Source: Eledone cirrhosa
Taxonomy: Eukaryota
DNA: 64,000 nucleotides
Direction of reading: 5' to 3'
Assembly (NCBI GenBank): GCA_964016885.1
Contig: OZ024742.1
Span: 325,314,001-325,378,000, forward strand
Both the position numbers and the translations under genes were made by a program. This document shows, in pieces, positions 25,882 to 39,398 of the stretch (position 1 is the stretch's first letter; every line of letters starts with the position of its first letter). The notes beneath the pieces are model-generated. The model saw nothing but the letters and a program-made list of their open reading frames with translations. It did not search any database and was not told the origin of the DNA.

Positions 25882-26374
25882 ATACATACATTAAGTAACA
25901 GCCGTACTAAGAGTGAGAAATGAAATTTCGTTTCATTTTTTCCATTTATCCTTTTCGATGCGCCCGGCCGATTAACTCACTCGATATGCAAATTAGGCTG
26001 CTCAGCCGTTAATATGCATAAGGAAAGTATATACTTTCAGACGTTCAATCATATGGCAGGAAGGTATACGGTGCTGACGATAGCTAATAATCTTGAAACT
26101 AGTACATCGTTCTTTTTCAGTGTTGAACAAAAGGACAACGATCGTTGCTAAACACTGTACGGCTTAATTCGGGATGTTTGTTTACAAACAAACCGAGCAT
26201 TAAAATAAATGTTCGGTAAATCCATACGTACATATACATATATGTGCGCATGTATGTATATATATACATACTACTGTATATCTGTATATATATATGTATG
26301 TACGTATACATACTTATATTTAAGTAACAACCGTACTAAGAGATAGAAATGAAATTTTGTTTCATTTTTTCCAT
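25882..26374 (+). mobile_element. Further copy (~1.1 units) of the 426-bp HHR repeat; HHR at 26069-26109
   Basis: The terminal direct repeat ttaagtaaca..gtactaagag..aaatgaaattt occurs at both ends. Ends at ttccat-(AT)n, like 24105. Confidence 0.78.
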
Positions 26375-26399
26375 ATATATATATATATATATATATCTA

Positions 26400-26668
26400 T
26401 CTATCTAAGGCGGGTAAAATTCCCGAGATCCATGGACGAGTTCTCTCCAGCGGTCTCTGTCCCTCATTATCGCTGGCATATCCTGCATCTCCAACAGACC
26501 AGTGTCTGTCCTTAGGGCATCAACATATGTTAACCTATCCAGCTCAAAAGTGACACAGAGGAGACTGAGGTTGGCTGGACATGCTCACCGACATCCAGAG
26601 TTGACATTGCACTCAGTGCTCCTTTGGGAGCCGCTACATGGACACACTAGAAGAAGAAGACCAAGGTT

Positions 26669-26674
<6 letters not shown>
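26400..26674 (-). mobile_element. RTE-like LINE 3' fragment with a 5' inversion
   Basis: 26406-26535 is the 3' end on the minus strand with an (ATAG)n tail. 26538-26674 is the upstream part on the plus strand. Both share ggttaacatat. Confidence 0.75.
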
Positions 26675-26710
<36 letters not shown>

Positions 26711-26712
<2 letters not shown>

Positions 26713-26903
26713 GGAACAAGTATGACCCCGCCGGCAGAGCTCAAGCCATTTCGACAACTATTTATGAGTCCAGAAATAGCCGTCGAAACGGCTTGAGCTC
26801 TGCCGTCGGGGTCATACTTGTTCTTATTACCCATTCTACTACCCTAAGTATTGATTACTTTGGTGCGTTATGGTCCAACTGGTTCCTTACCACAATTCCT
26901 TTG

Positions 26904-26905
<2 letters not shown>
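26711..26905. mobile_element. Miniature fold-back of the Naiad terminus (3' half of the HHR plus ~80-nt tail)
   Basis: The left arm starts taggaac, exactly as at 13139. The right part matches 18820-18958. (TA)n on both sides. Confidence 0.85.
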
Positions 26906-26950
<45 letters not shown>

Positions 26951-26951
26951 G

Positions 26952-27025
<74 letters not shown>

Positions 27026-27435
27026 TGCGGGTTGTATGTGCATTGGTATACACACATACATTGGGAGAAAGAGAAAGTAAGAGGGAAAAGATATACTGAG
27101 GTGGACTGGAAGACGTTAATGCAAATTCTGCTTTGATGCAGTATATGATAATATATTGATAAATATATAAATATCCGATAAAAATATATTGTTTGTATAA
27201 TAAATGAAAATCAATAAAATGATATAATCTATTAACTTCAGTTAGAGAGGAAAAATAAAGTCATAATGCATTTACTTAATTGAAATATAAATACTCCCCA
27301 AAACATTTTTTAATTACAATGTGTTATATATAAAAATATATTGATTTGGCAATGAGTATATTTATGGTTAATGCTATAATTTAAAAATTATGGTTACTAG
27401 TGTTATTGTTGTATTTTCTTTATTATATGTAGTTG

Positions 27436-27470
<35 letters not shown>

Positions 27471-27471
<1 letters not shown>

Positions 27472-27646
27472 GTGCGGTGGATTCGCAGTATCTGTAGAGG
27501 GTCGGACGCCATATTTTGACGCATAGAGTTACGGCCCTTGCCATTCTGAGTTCAAATCCCGCCGTGTTTAACTTTGCCTTTCACCCTTACGGGGTCGATA
27601 AAATAAAGTACCAGTAATTGCTGGCCTTGTGCCAAAAGTAGAAACA
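27471..27646 (+). mobile_element. tRNA-derived SINE (Meta-SINE-like) between two (TTA)n tracts
   Basis: B-box gagttcaaatcc; core ttgcctttcacccttacggggtcgataaaataaagtaccag; (TTA)n at 27437-27470 and 27647-27669. Confidence 0.8.
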
Positions 27647-27668
27647 ATTATTATTATTATTATTATTA

Positions 27669-30600
27669 TGCATTTATCTTGCTTTATGTTCATACGAGTT
27701 ATCACCAAGTCACAACCATCTTTAGTGTTTAGACTTGTGATGTACTTATATTGACAGAATCTTCCTTAGTATATGGGCAGTTCCCATTAGTACTATCTTT
27801 TGTATTTCTTCTATACGCGGGGTTCCTGGGATTTGCGATAAGTAATCATTAGACCCCTTAGGTATTATTCCTAGAGCGCCTACAACCACTGGTATTGTTT
27901 TAGTTCTCAATTTCCACATTTTTCCAATTTCTATCTCCAGGTCCTTATACTTGCTCAATTTTTCAAATGTTTTTATAGATACATTCTTGTCTATTGGAAC
28001 GGACATATCAATTAGCAGGCATAGCCTCTTTTTAAAGTCCTTCAATATTATATCAGGTCTATTTGCATCTATTTTTCGGTCTGTTTGGATGCTAAAGTTC
28101 CACAAGATTGAGATGTGATCTTTTTCAAGTATGGGAGGTGGCTGATGCTCCCACCAATTCTTTTGATGGGGCAGGTCAAAATGCTTACACATTATCCAAT
28201 GTATGTATTGTGCAGCTCTGTCATGCCTGTTTAGGTATTCGGTTGGAGCTATAGGACTGCACATTGAAATTATATGGTCAATGGTCTCTGGTTGTTTTTT
28301 ACATACACGGCATAATGGGCTGCATCCATTTTTTATTATGTTGGCTTGGTAATTTTTTGTTGGCAGACACTGATCTTGTGCTGATATAATCAGTCCTTCA
28401 GTCTCCGATTTCAGTCCAGAGGATGCCAACCACTGATGGGTTAAAGTTTTGTCAACATCAGGATTGTTAGCTCGTTCTGGGTATTTTCCATACCGAGGCT
28501 TTTCTTGCCATTTCTTAGCCAGTTTCTGTAGCAGTTCTTTCTTTGCAGTTACTTTTACCCGCTTTGCTTTTTCTGTGTTTTCCATTTCAGCAGTAAATGG
28601 GACTTCTGAAATGTATAGTCCATTACTGTATCTTTGTGCATCTTTTGTAATGGAGTATGATCTTTTGATGCTTTCGTGTTTCAAAACGAATTTGAGTCCA
28701 ATCATGTGATTCCCTTAGATATGTACATAATCCAATTGTTGCAGTTTTCAACGCAATGTCTAACTGGATTAACCCACGCCCTCCTTCTTTCCTAGGGAGA
28801 TATATTCTGTGCATGGTTAAGAAATTTCGAATTTTTGTATCGAGCCTACGGATCTCTGTGCTTGACCAGTTGATGACATTGTAACTGTAGGTTACTACTG
28901 GTATGGCAAGCGTGTTTATGGCATCGATCCTATTCTTGCATTCAATTCCGTTCTTAAGATTGCTCTTACTCTGCGGTAACATTCCTTCCTTATCCTTTCC
29001 CTCATTGTCGAGTGCTTGATTCCGTCTCCTTCACCAACACCTAGATATTTGTAAGTTTCCTCTTGATCAAGTTCTCTTATCACATTCCCTCGATCAAGAT
29101 TAATGTCTGAACTTTTCAGCAGCTTTCCTCTGGTGAACGTTGCTTTGGCGCATTTATCCAGTCCAAACTCCATTTTAATGTCATCACTGAACTGCTCCAC
29201 AGTGGATAATAGCCCTTGCAATTGTTCAACATTTTTTGCAAATAGTTTCAGGTCATCCATGTAGAACAAGTGATTAATGGTTTTGTCATAGACTTTATAT
29301 CCATGTTTTGTTTCATTGAGCATTTTACTTAATGGTATAAGCGCGATGCAGAATAAAAGCGGTGATAAAGAGTCACCCTGAAAGATTCCACAATTAATAT
29401 TAACTTCTCCAGCTTCCACTGATTTTTTTTCACTATTCAAAAGGAGTGTCGTTTTCCATGTCTTCATACTGAATGACAAAAACCTCCTGACAACGGGGGA
29501 TATTTTGAAAATCTCTAAACATTTTTCAATCCAACTGTGTGGCAAACTATCGAATGCTTTTTTATAATCTATCCAAGCAATTGATAGATTTTTGTGTATA
29601 TTATGACAATCTTCCAGTATCATTTTGTTAACCAAAAGCTGATCCTTACAGCCATATGAGCCACGTTTACACCCTTTCTGCTCAATGGGAAATAGGTCAT
29701 TTGTTATCAGGTGGTCATATGTATGCTGTTAGGACTGATGTTAAAATGTTATACATTGTGGTCAAGCAAGTTATTGGTCTGTAATTTTTGGGATTGTTTG
29801 TCTCATAATTCTTCGGAAGTAGGAATGTAATGCCGTTAACTAGCCATGATGGTATTTTTCTGGATCCTTAACTATTTCATTGTAAAGTTCGGCTAACAGC
29901 TCATGAGACTCTGTGAAGGCAATTATTCAAAAGTTTTGTATTTTATCTTTTCCTGGGGATTTCCATTTGCTGGTTTTTCTTAGAGCCAAACGCAACTGTT
30001 CAACTGTTATATTTTCCCATATTTGTTCCTCAAGGTGAGCTGTATCTTTCATGTGTCTGTCTGTCCATGGGGCATGTATATTATGAACTTTTTTTTCGGC
30101 CCAGATCTTTTCCCAGAATTCTTGCACTTCCTCCTTGGGTGGTATTTATTTAGCAGTTGTTGTTGACTTACCAATTTTTCTGTGGTTGTTTTTGAACATA
30201 TTATTGTCCTTATAGAATCTAGATCGTTTTTCAAAGCGCCTTATACGAGCAGCTTTGGCCGACACTTTTTGCTTGATTATTTCTATCAGCATGCCTATGT
30301 CACTTGTTGGTTTTATACTGTACTTTCTTTTCAATTTTCTAAGTTTAGTTTGTTTAACATGCTCACCTACTTTATAGTTTTTTAAAATTTCTATGTCAGG
30401 TCGGAGAAGGATTATTTGGCGATTGATGTTCTCTTGCCAAGTAGATTTCTTGTGGGAATTCCTTTGTTTTTTCATCTTCACACCACATAAGTGAGTGGTG
30501 ACTTTAGCCGATGCATAATAGAGATGATTTAAATCAGTAATGTTTAGTTTGTTTGTGATGATAAAGTTTTTGAGATTTATGTTAGTCTTGTGTATTATCT

Positions 30601-31520
30601 TTTGGTTCTGTTTGGAGTTCTGGATCTTAGGGAGGATGTCTCGTTCCACCATGTCAGATTCTTTCATTTTCATCCATTCGATCATAATTTCATCCTTCAA
30701 GTTGGCAAGTTCATTCTCATTCATTTCTTTATCATTTACGATCTCATTGTTTTCATTTGGAGTTTCATCTTGAGCATGCACTCCCTCCACTTTTTCGATC
30801 CTTTCTTTAATTTGTTCTGTTGTCAGGGATTCCGCCCCAACCCTGGGATTCGAAGTGTTACAATTTACCTCGTTTTCACTGACACATGTTTCATTTTCCC
30901 TTCGCTGACATTGTGCTAATACCTTGATCTGATCAATTTCTGTATCAGTTAGTAACTTTTTTTTTACAATATTTCTTCGTATATTGGCTAGTTTGTTACT
31001 GTCAATATAGCCTCTGTTTTCGGGATGTTTCTTTTTCCAGTTGATATATGTCTGTTCTGTATTCGATGTATTTGATGGGTAGTACATGGCATTGTAGAAA
31101 GCCTCAAGGACTTCTTTATTATCTTCCCTTGACCATTTTTCTCTCTTTTTCTTTGGATTTCTTTGTGGTGAGCATGGAGGGCCAACAGTAGGAGTATTCC
31201 GTTTATGGGAGGTCTCCAGCTCCGAAGTGATGGGAAGGTTTGAACCATTAGCTGATTTTTCGACCCCAGTCTGGTTACTCTCTGAGGGACGCGGCCCTTT
31301 TTTACTCGGGTGACGGCCGATCCGGTGTGAGATTTTATCATTAGATATTGACTTTATTTTGTCGTGTTTTATCCTTATCCGCCAAGAGGTAATCATTTCG
31401 TGTTACCACTTCTAGAACGAGTGTCAACCAATACTAGAGGGGTCGTTCTCCCCTAGAGACACGGCTATTCCCCGCCGGCCGCCATCCCGGTATTTCTTGG
31501 TCACAAGGTTTTCTTTTTTG
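27669..31520 (-). mobile_element. R4/Dong-clade non-LTR retrotransposon, near full length, frameshifted
   Basis: One long ORF broken into pieces (31396 to 27746): N-terminal KWSREDNKEV domain, RT (WIDYKKAFDS, GIFQGDSLSP, FYMDD), CRVC..ETIDHIISMC zinc knuckle and NRPD..LIDMSVP..K restriction-like endonuclease. The 3' end runs into (TAA)n. Confidence 0.88.
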
Positions 31521-31594
31521 TTGTTTTTTTAAATTGTTATTATCATGAGTGGTTCCTTAATGTGAGCATTGCGTGGCTTAAGAATGAAATTATT

Positions 31595-31645
31595 AATAAT
31601 TGTCTCCACTCCAGGCACAAGGCCAGCAATTACCCAGTGCATTAC
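31595..31645 (-). mobile_element. SINE 3' fragment (27471 family)
   Basis: aataattgtctccactccaggcacaaggccagcaattacccagtgcattac. Confidence 0.6.
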
Positions 31646-32060
31646 AATAATATAATATACTTTTTGCTGAAGTTGCCTGTTATTGTTGTTGGCTATGTCG
31701 TTGGTGGTCCTGGGGCTTTTTATATTGTTGGTGGGGAAGGAATGAGCCAGCAGTGCCATAGTTGTTGACGTTTGGCCGGTGGCCGGGTCACTAAGTCAAT
31801 CTATTTATATCTTTTGCTAGCCTCTCCCTTGTCTAGTGATACCGCCACCTTCCCCTTTCTTAAGTTAACAGAAGGTAATGGGAATAGTGGTGGTAGCAAT
31901 GAAGGAGTGGTGCCCACGGTGATGGTATAGTGGTAGCAATGATGGATGGAGTGGTGGCGGCGGTGGTGTTGTCGTTTACTGAGTTTTGTAGTTTTGTTTG
32001 ATCTGTAGTATCTATGCGTTTGTGTCGCGTATGTTTAATATATGTGTTGACATATATATG

Positions 32061-35000
32061 TGTCAAACTGACACACGCTCCCCCCCCCCCCCCCCGGGAT
32101 GGCCCCTTCTTGGCTGGCCGCATCTGTCCTCGTCGGAATCGAGGACAGAACAACTGTACTGCAAGTACAGAAAAAAGAAAGAGAAGATTGGGTCGGCACC
32201 TCCATTGAGATGTTAATCCAAACCAACCAGGAGTGCATCGAAGCTATCCCGGATGTGATAGACTTCGATAACGGCACTCAACTGCCCATAAGTGTTGAGG
32301 GCAAACGCCCGAAATGCTTTCGCTGTGGATCGAAGACTCACCTCAGGGCCTTCTGCAACGAGAAGACCCTGAGAAAGAAGAAAACCCCCCTCCTTCCGAA
32401 ACCGGTCCACGGCTACCAGCAACAGGACAAGCGGCAACCAGGAACGATAGGTCCGTGGCACCCATACCCACGCCACGGAAATCAAAAACAGCAGTAGCAG
32501 TGGAAGTATTAACAACAACAACCGCAATACCAAATGCAGCTGCAACAGAGACTCCAGTGCAAACATCACCAACAACAACAAGTGAAAGAGTGGAGCTGGT
32601 ACCCCTCCCCGACCTCACAGAATCAGACATGGAGTGTGAGATGGGAGAGGGATGGCAAAAGGTCGTAAGAAGGCACAAACGCAGAAGCAGCGCATCGTCG
32701 CCTTTGAAAAGGGAGGAAAGAAATGGAAAAAGGGTAAAGACTACTGCAAAGAGACTCACAGCAGTAACACGACCAACATCATCACCACCCACACTAGCAC
32801 CACCATCACCACTGGCGACAGCCCCACCGCCAACAACACCTTCAACACCACCACCACAAGCACCAACATCGCAAACACAAAAACAAAACACACACGCCCA
32901 GCAACAACGACAAGAAAATAGCAGAACCACACTCCACCCCCAGAAAAACAAATGCACGGCAATAAATACACACAACAAGAAACTAATGACTTACATAATT
33001 GAACACACAGACATTTCACAAGACGACTACATAATACCAGCACCAATCAAAACGCCAACTAACATAAGACTGCTAAAAATAGCACAGAAACAATACACAA
33101 ACATTAAAACGAAATTCCCCAACGCAGTTTGTGATTTCAGAGACCTAGGAGGGACACTTAACCGAAGAGTATATTCGGACATACTCATAGAAGAGCCGAC
33201 GACCAGCCGAAGGGACGATTCAACTGTCCCTTCACCAGACGATCAAGTGAAAAGGGATAGAAAAACCATCCCTCCTCTACGAAAAGTACGGTAAGTGGCC
33301 TTTCCCATCTTTTCCAACTCTATTTTAAACATGACCTCACTCAGAATAGGCAGCATAAATGCGCGTGTCTTGGGGTCGTCATGGAAGCAGGGTCACCTGC
33401 TCAACGACCTCATGTCACTAAACATAGATGTAGTGGCCATCAGCGAGACCAGAATCTCCGAAGCACGGGCTTTCGCACCGATCTTTGGCGGCTACGATGT
33501 GTACGCATCTCCCAGCCGTCCTGGATCGGGGGGAGGAGTTGCTGTGCTTTTTCGGAGAGGTTTGGATCTCGCCATACGGGCCATCTTCCTGGACCCAGAG
33601 GGTAAGCTGGTGGTGCTGGACGTGACCAGCGGAGACGGGCAAGCTTTCAGGCTAGTGGCCGTCTATGCCCCGAAAGGAGCAGGGCGGCCTGATTTCTTCC
33701 GGGGTCTGGAGACCTTTCTTGGAAAGTCCCGCTCTTTAGTGTTAGTGGGCGACTGGAACGGGATCTTAGATGCACGCTGGGACTGTGTGGGATTAGCGGA
33801 TAGGGGTGGATGGTGCAAGAGCCTCACCAACCTGCTCAGGCGTTTTGAACTGTCTGACAGGTACCGATTGGATTTCCCGAATGTGCCAATGTGGACTTCG
33901 ACAAATCGCATAGGGTCATCCAGATCATATCTAGATAGAGTATTTTGTAGGGAAATAGATAGGTCTAGCATAGGCTGTCCACAATTCAAGATAGTCAGCT
34001 ACACGGACCACAAATTCATGATCTGTGTGGTTGACTTAGATAGGCTTCATAGACGAGGACCCGGCTACTGGAAGTTAAACGCGTCCTTACCAGCGCGCAA
34101 GGCCTACAGAGACCGGATTAGCGAACTAGTTAAGCGGGCGTTGACGGGGGCCATCGTCAACAAAAAAGTGGTGGTTTGCTCTGAAAAGATCGATTAGAAT
34201 AGAATCGATTAGGTTTAGTAAGGCTTTAGCAATAGAGAAAAATAGAGCAGCGGGAGAACTAGTTAGAAAATTAGACGAGGCGCTTAGCAAAGGCATTGCG
34301 ACCGACGAGCTTGCGGCGAAATTGGCCCTTGACCAATTCTTCAATGCAAAGCACGAAGGCTGCGTTGTCAGAGCTAGGGTGCGTGCTCTCAAACACGAAG
34401 GGACGAAAGCCGTTCAATGGGCCCGAATGGCGGAGGCGCGTCGTGGCAACAAAGCCACGATCCGGTCTTTGGTGGACCACGACGGGCGCATGTTACTCGA
34501 TCCTGGGCAAATGTGTGAAGCTTTTCAGCGACACTTCGCTCAGCTGTTCGGGGGCAGCGGTGGGCCGGGTCGAGGGATGGACTTTAGTGTCTACCTCGTC
34601 GGACTGCCGCGGCTCTCGGCCACTGAGGCGTAGTGTTGCGAAAAGCTGATAACAGCCGCTGAAGTAAGGGAGACAATGACTGGCTGCACAAGGGGTAAAT
34701 CGCCTGGTTTGGATGGTCTGCCCTATGAACTTTACGTACAGATGCCAGACTTGTTCGGAGGCCTCTTGGCGGACGTCTACTGCAACTGGAAACAGAACGG
34801 GAGAATTCCCAATTCTGTGAGAGGAGGAGCGGTGGCACTTCTGAGAAAGGATCCGAACAAGGGGGATAACATAGATAATTTCAGGCCCATAACTTTGCTA
34901 AACACAGAGTTCAAGATTTTGGCCAATGTGCTCGCAAAGAGGTTGGCGCTTGTCGTTGGTGGTCTGGTGGGAGAGGCGCAGACATACGCCAATCCCGACA

Positions 35001-36971
35001 TATCCATCTACGACAACCTCTACCTCATGCGATACATCGTACAGAGGGTAGCTAGGGAACCTGGCACGTGTGGGTCCTTGATCAATTTAGATCAGTCGAA
35101 AGCTTTCGATAGGGTCGACCATCGTTACCTAGCGGCAGTCCTGAGGGCGGCTGGCTTTGGAACCGTCTTCAGAGGCTGGATCGCTGCCATGCACAGCGAC
35201 ATCTGCTCTGTAGTGAGAGTGAACGGTCACCTTTCGGAACCGTTCAACATCATGCGCTTGGTCCGCCAAGGATGTCCCCTCTCGTCCCTCTTGTACGTAT
35301 TTACTCTCGAGCCATTACTACACAAACTGGAGACGGAAGATCCGTGTCAGCATATGCGGGCGATGTCACCGTAGTGGTGTCGAACGCCAAACACATCGAG
35401 GCGATCGGCACTACACTTAGAGAATACGAAGCGGTGACAGGAGCAATGATCAACCAGGAAAAGTCAGTGGGCCTGCAGCTCGGCACCTGGAGAGGCAGGT
35501 CCATGCCGTCCAACAGCGTCGTCGGACGCTGGACGGACGGACCGGTTAAATTGCTAGGGGTCTGGTTCGGTCCGGTCCTCCAGACGGACAAAAACTGGAA
35601 CGAGGTGACGAGCAGGGTGGCTTCTCTCACCCAGAAATGGGCGGAGAGGAAGCTATCCCTGAAAGGTCGCGCGGAGGTGGCTAATGCGTACATCGCGTCT
35701 GTCATCTGCTACCGCCTGATCGTCGTACCTTGTCCTAAGCCTCCCCTGACTGCGCTGGAGCGTTTGCTCTTTCGCTTTTTGTGGAAGGGACGCGCTCCGA
35801 TGGTCAGGCGATCCATCTGTTGTCAACACCCGCCACGTGGAGGGCTGGGCATGTCGTGGCTGATGATGCGCAGGCACGCGCTCAGGCTACGACATCTCCC
35901 CCTCTTCCTCGACGGTGATCAGGTGTGATCGCCGTTTGCTAGACACGTATTTCCTCAGCTCGTTTCCTTGACGGAGCTGCAGTCCTGGGTAAAGCGAAGA
36001 CTGAGAGGGAGCGCCTGGAGACTGGAATGTCTTCAGGCGCTCACAGCCCTCGACCAATCGAGCAATGTGATCGGTGGAAACTCCACCTCGGCGTTCTATA
36101 GAGGATTAGTGGAGGGGAAGAGGGACAACGTACTTGGGGAAACTCTAGGCGTCGACGAAAATCAACTAGCCAATCTCTTCGGAAGAACTTTCGGGCCGAG
36201 GCCTATGAACAACTTCCAGAGATCTCTGGCCTGGCAGTGCTACCGAGGAGCCTTGCCAGTTCGGGATAAACTCTACAGGCATGGAGGTGCCGTCAGCCGG
36301 GCATGTCCGAGATGCGCGCAGGGCGACCAAACCGTCCTGCACGCACTCGTCCAGTGTCCGAAAATTGCTGACTTGTGGGTTTATGTCGAACACCTGCTGT
36401 CGCGTGTAGGACGGATCCGGCTATCATCTGAGTCCATCGTGAGGATTGCCCCGCCCTCCTCCTTTAGCCGAGAAGGGCAGGCAGTTTTTAATCTGTCTGG
36501 TGGCCATGGCGAAAGAGATAGTATGGTGGAAACGTTTGAAAGGGCTGAAGAAGTGCACTTACCTCTTCGGTGATGCCCTGATTGACTTTTTCAAATTTCA
36601 TTTGAAAAGGAAAATTAGAGTAGATAGGGAAGTGCTCTCTACCCAGCATTTTGTTGAAAGATTGGTGAGAGAAGCAAGAATGGCCCGAGTGAATGGGCCT
36701 ACTCTGAGTATATATCTGTAAATTAAAGGTGGAAAACTGGGAGAGGGCACTTGCCTTGGTGGTCAGGGTCACTGTGGCCTTTTACTGGGCTTTCTCCACA
36801 AATGTCCCTCCGAAGTCTCCCCCTATTGGGGAATTTTTCATTTTTATTTTTTTGTTACATCCTCTGTTTTTGTTTTTTACACGCAGAAATGCCCATTTGT
36901 ACCGTCCTGTATTGTCCCGCACTGTCCTTAATGTCTACTTTATGTAAACCCTTGTGGTTAATAAAGAAATC
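32061..36971 (+). mobile_element. L1/Tx1-clade LINE copy A, 5'-truncated in ORF1, ORF2 (33331-36721) disrupted
   Basis: Near-identical to copy C from gtcaaactga onward, with several frameshifts and stops. AATAAA, then (ATT)n at 36972-36990. Confidence 0.9.
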
Positions 36972-36994
36972 ATTATTATTATTATTATTACAGT

Positions 36995-39373
36995 TGCATT
37001 TATCTTGCTTTATGTTCATACGAGTTATCACCAAGTCACAACCAGTGACCTCAAGAGACAACAAGGTCCGCCAAGTTCAAGAAAGAACATGCATATTCAC
37101 ACATGCATCTTTAGTGTTTAGACTTGTGATGTACTTATATTGACAGAATCTTCCTTTGTATATGGGCAGTTCCCATTAGTACTATCTTTTGTATTTCTCC
37201 TATACACGGTTTTCCTGGGATTTGCGATAAGTAGTCATTAGCCCCCTAAGGTATCATTCCCAGAGCGCCTACAACCACTGGTATTGTTTTAGTTCTCAAT
37301 TTCCACATTTTTCCAATTTCTATCTCCAGGTCCTTATACTTGCTCAATTTTTCAAATGTTTTTATAGATACATTCTTGTCTATTGGAACAGACATATCAA
37401 TTAGCAGGCATACCCTCTTTTGAAAGTCCTTCAATATTATATCAGGTCTATTTGCATCTATTTTTCGGTCTGTCTGGATGCTAAAGTTCCACAAGATTGA
37501 GATGTGATCTTTTTCAAGTATGGGAGGTGGTTGATGCTCCCACCAATTCTTTTCATGGGGCAGGTCAAAATGCTTACACATTATCCAATGTATGTATTGT
37601 GCAGCTCTGTCATGCCTGTTTAGGTATTCGGTTGGAGCTATGGTCAATGGTCTCTGGTGGTTTTTTGCATACACGGCATAATGGGCTGCACCCATTTTTT
37701 ATTATGTTGGCTTGGGAATTTTTTGTTGGCAGACACTGATCTTGTGCCGATATAATCAGTCCTTCAGTCTCCGATTTCAGTCCAGAGGATGCCAACCACT
37801 GATGGGTTAAAGTTTTGTCAACATCAGGATTGTTAGCTCCTTCTGGGTATTTTCCATACAGAGGCTTTTCTCGCCATTTCTTAGCCAGTTTCTGTAGCAG
37901 TTCTTTCTTTGCAGTTACTTTTACCTGCTTTGCTTTTTCTGTGTTTTCCTTTTCAGCAGTAAATGGGACTTCTGAAATTTGTAGTCGATTACTGTATCTT
38001 TGTGCATCTTTTGTAATGGAATATGATCATTTGATGCTTTCGTGTTTCAAAACGAGTTTGATCATCCAATCATGTGATTCCCTTAGATATGTAGATAATC
38101 CAATTGTTGCAGTTTTCAACGCAATGTCTAACTGGATTAACCCACCTCCTCCTTCTTTCCTAAGGAGATATATTCTATCTGTATCTGCCTTAGGGTGATG
38201 CATTCTGTGCATGGTTAAGAATTTTCGAATTTTTGTATCGAGCCTACGGATCTCTGTGCTTGACCAGTTGATGACATTGTAACTGTAGGTTACTACTGGT
38301 ATGGCAAGCGTGTTTATGGCATCGATCCTATTCCTTGCATTCAATTCCGTTCTTAAGATTGCTCTTACTCTGCGGTAACATTCCTTCCTTATCCTTTCCC
38401 TCATTGTCGAGTGCTTGATTCCGTCTCCTTCACAAACACCTAGATATTTGTATGTTTTTCTTGATCAAGTTCTCTTATCACGTTCCCCCGATCAATATTA
38501 ATGTCTGAACTCTTCAGCAGCTTTCCTCTCGTGAACGTTGCTTTGGCGCATTTATCTAGTCCAAACTCCATTTTAAAGTCATCACTGAACTGCTTCACAG
38601 TGGATAATAGCCCTTGCAATTGTTCATCATTGTTTGCAAATAGTTTCAGGTCATCCATGTAGAACAGGTGATTAATGGTTTTGTCATAGACTTTATATCC
38701 ATGTTTTGTTTCATTGAGCATTTTACTTAATGGTATAAGTGCGATGCAGAATAAAAGCGGTGTTAAAGAGTCACCCTGAAAAATTCCACAATTAATATTA
38801 ACTTCTCCAGCTTCCAGTGATTTTATTTCACTATTCAAAAGGAGTGTCGTTTCCCATGTCTTCATACTGAATGACAAAAACCTCCTGACAACGGGGGATA
38901 TTTTGAAAATCTCTAAACATTTTTCAATCCAACTGTGTGGCAAACTATCGAATGCTTTTTTATAATCTATCCAAGCAATCGATAGATTTTTGTGTCTATT
39001 ATGACAATCTTCCAGTATCATTTTGTTAACCAGAAGCTGATCCTTACAGCCATATGAGCCTCGTTTACACCCTTTCTGCTCAATGGGAAATAGGTCATTT
39101 GTTATCAGGTGGTCATATGTGTATTCAGTTAGGGCTGATGTTAAAATTTTATACATTGTGGTCAAGCAAGTTATCGGTCTGTAATTTTTGGGATTGTTTG
39201 TCTCATTATTCTCCGGAAGCAGGAATGTAATGCCGTTAACTAGCCATGATGGTATCTTTTCTGGCTCCTTAACTATTTCATTGTAAAGTTGGGCTAACAG
39301 CTCATGAGACTCTGTGAAGGCATTTATCCAAAAGTTTTGTATTTTGTCTTTTCATGGGGATTTCCATTTGCTG
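36995..39373 (-). mobile_element. R4/Dong-clade LINE copy 2, 5'-truncated, (TTA)n on both sides
   Basis: Highly similar to 27669-29975; RT and RLE fragments; tail-to-tail with Tx1 copy A. Confidence 0.9.
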
Positions 39374-39398
39374 TATTATTATTATTATTATTATTATT

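Noticed and set aside
23298-26374. CRISPR-like or satellite interpretation of the repeats
   Set aside because: There is no short repeat-spacer periodicity, the context is eukaryotic, and the repeats are explained as HHR units.
31650-32060. Possible inverted 5' part of Tx1 copy A
   Set aside because: The low-complexity composition is similar, but I found no alignable match to ORF1 of B, C or D; left unassigned.
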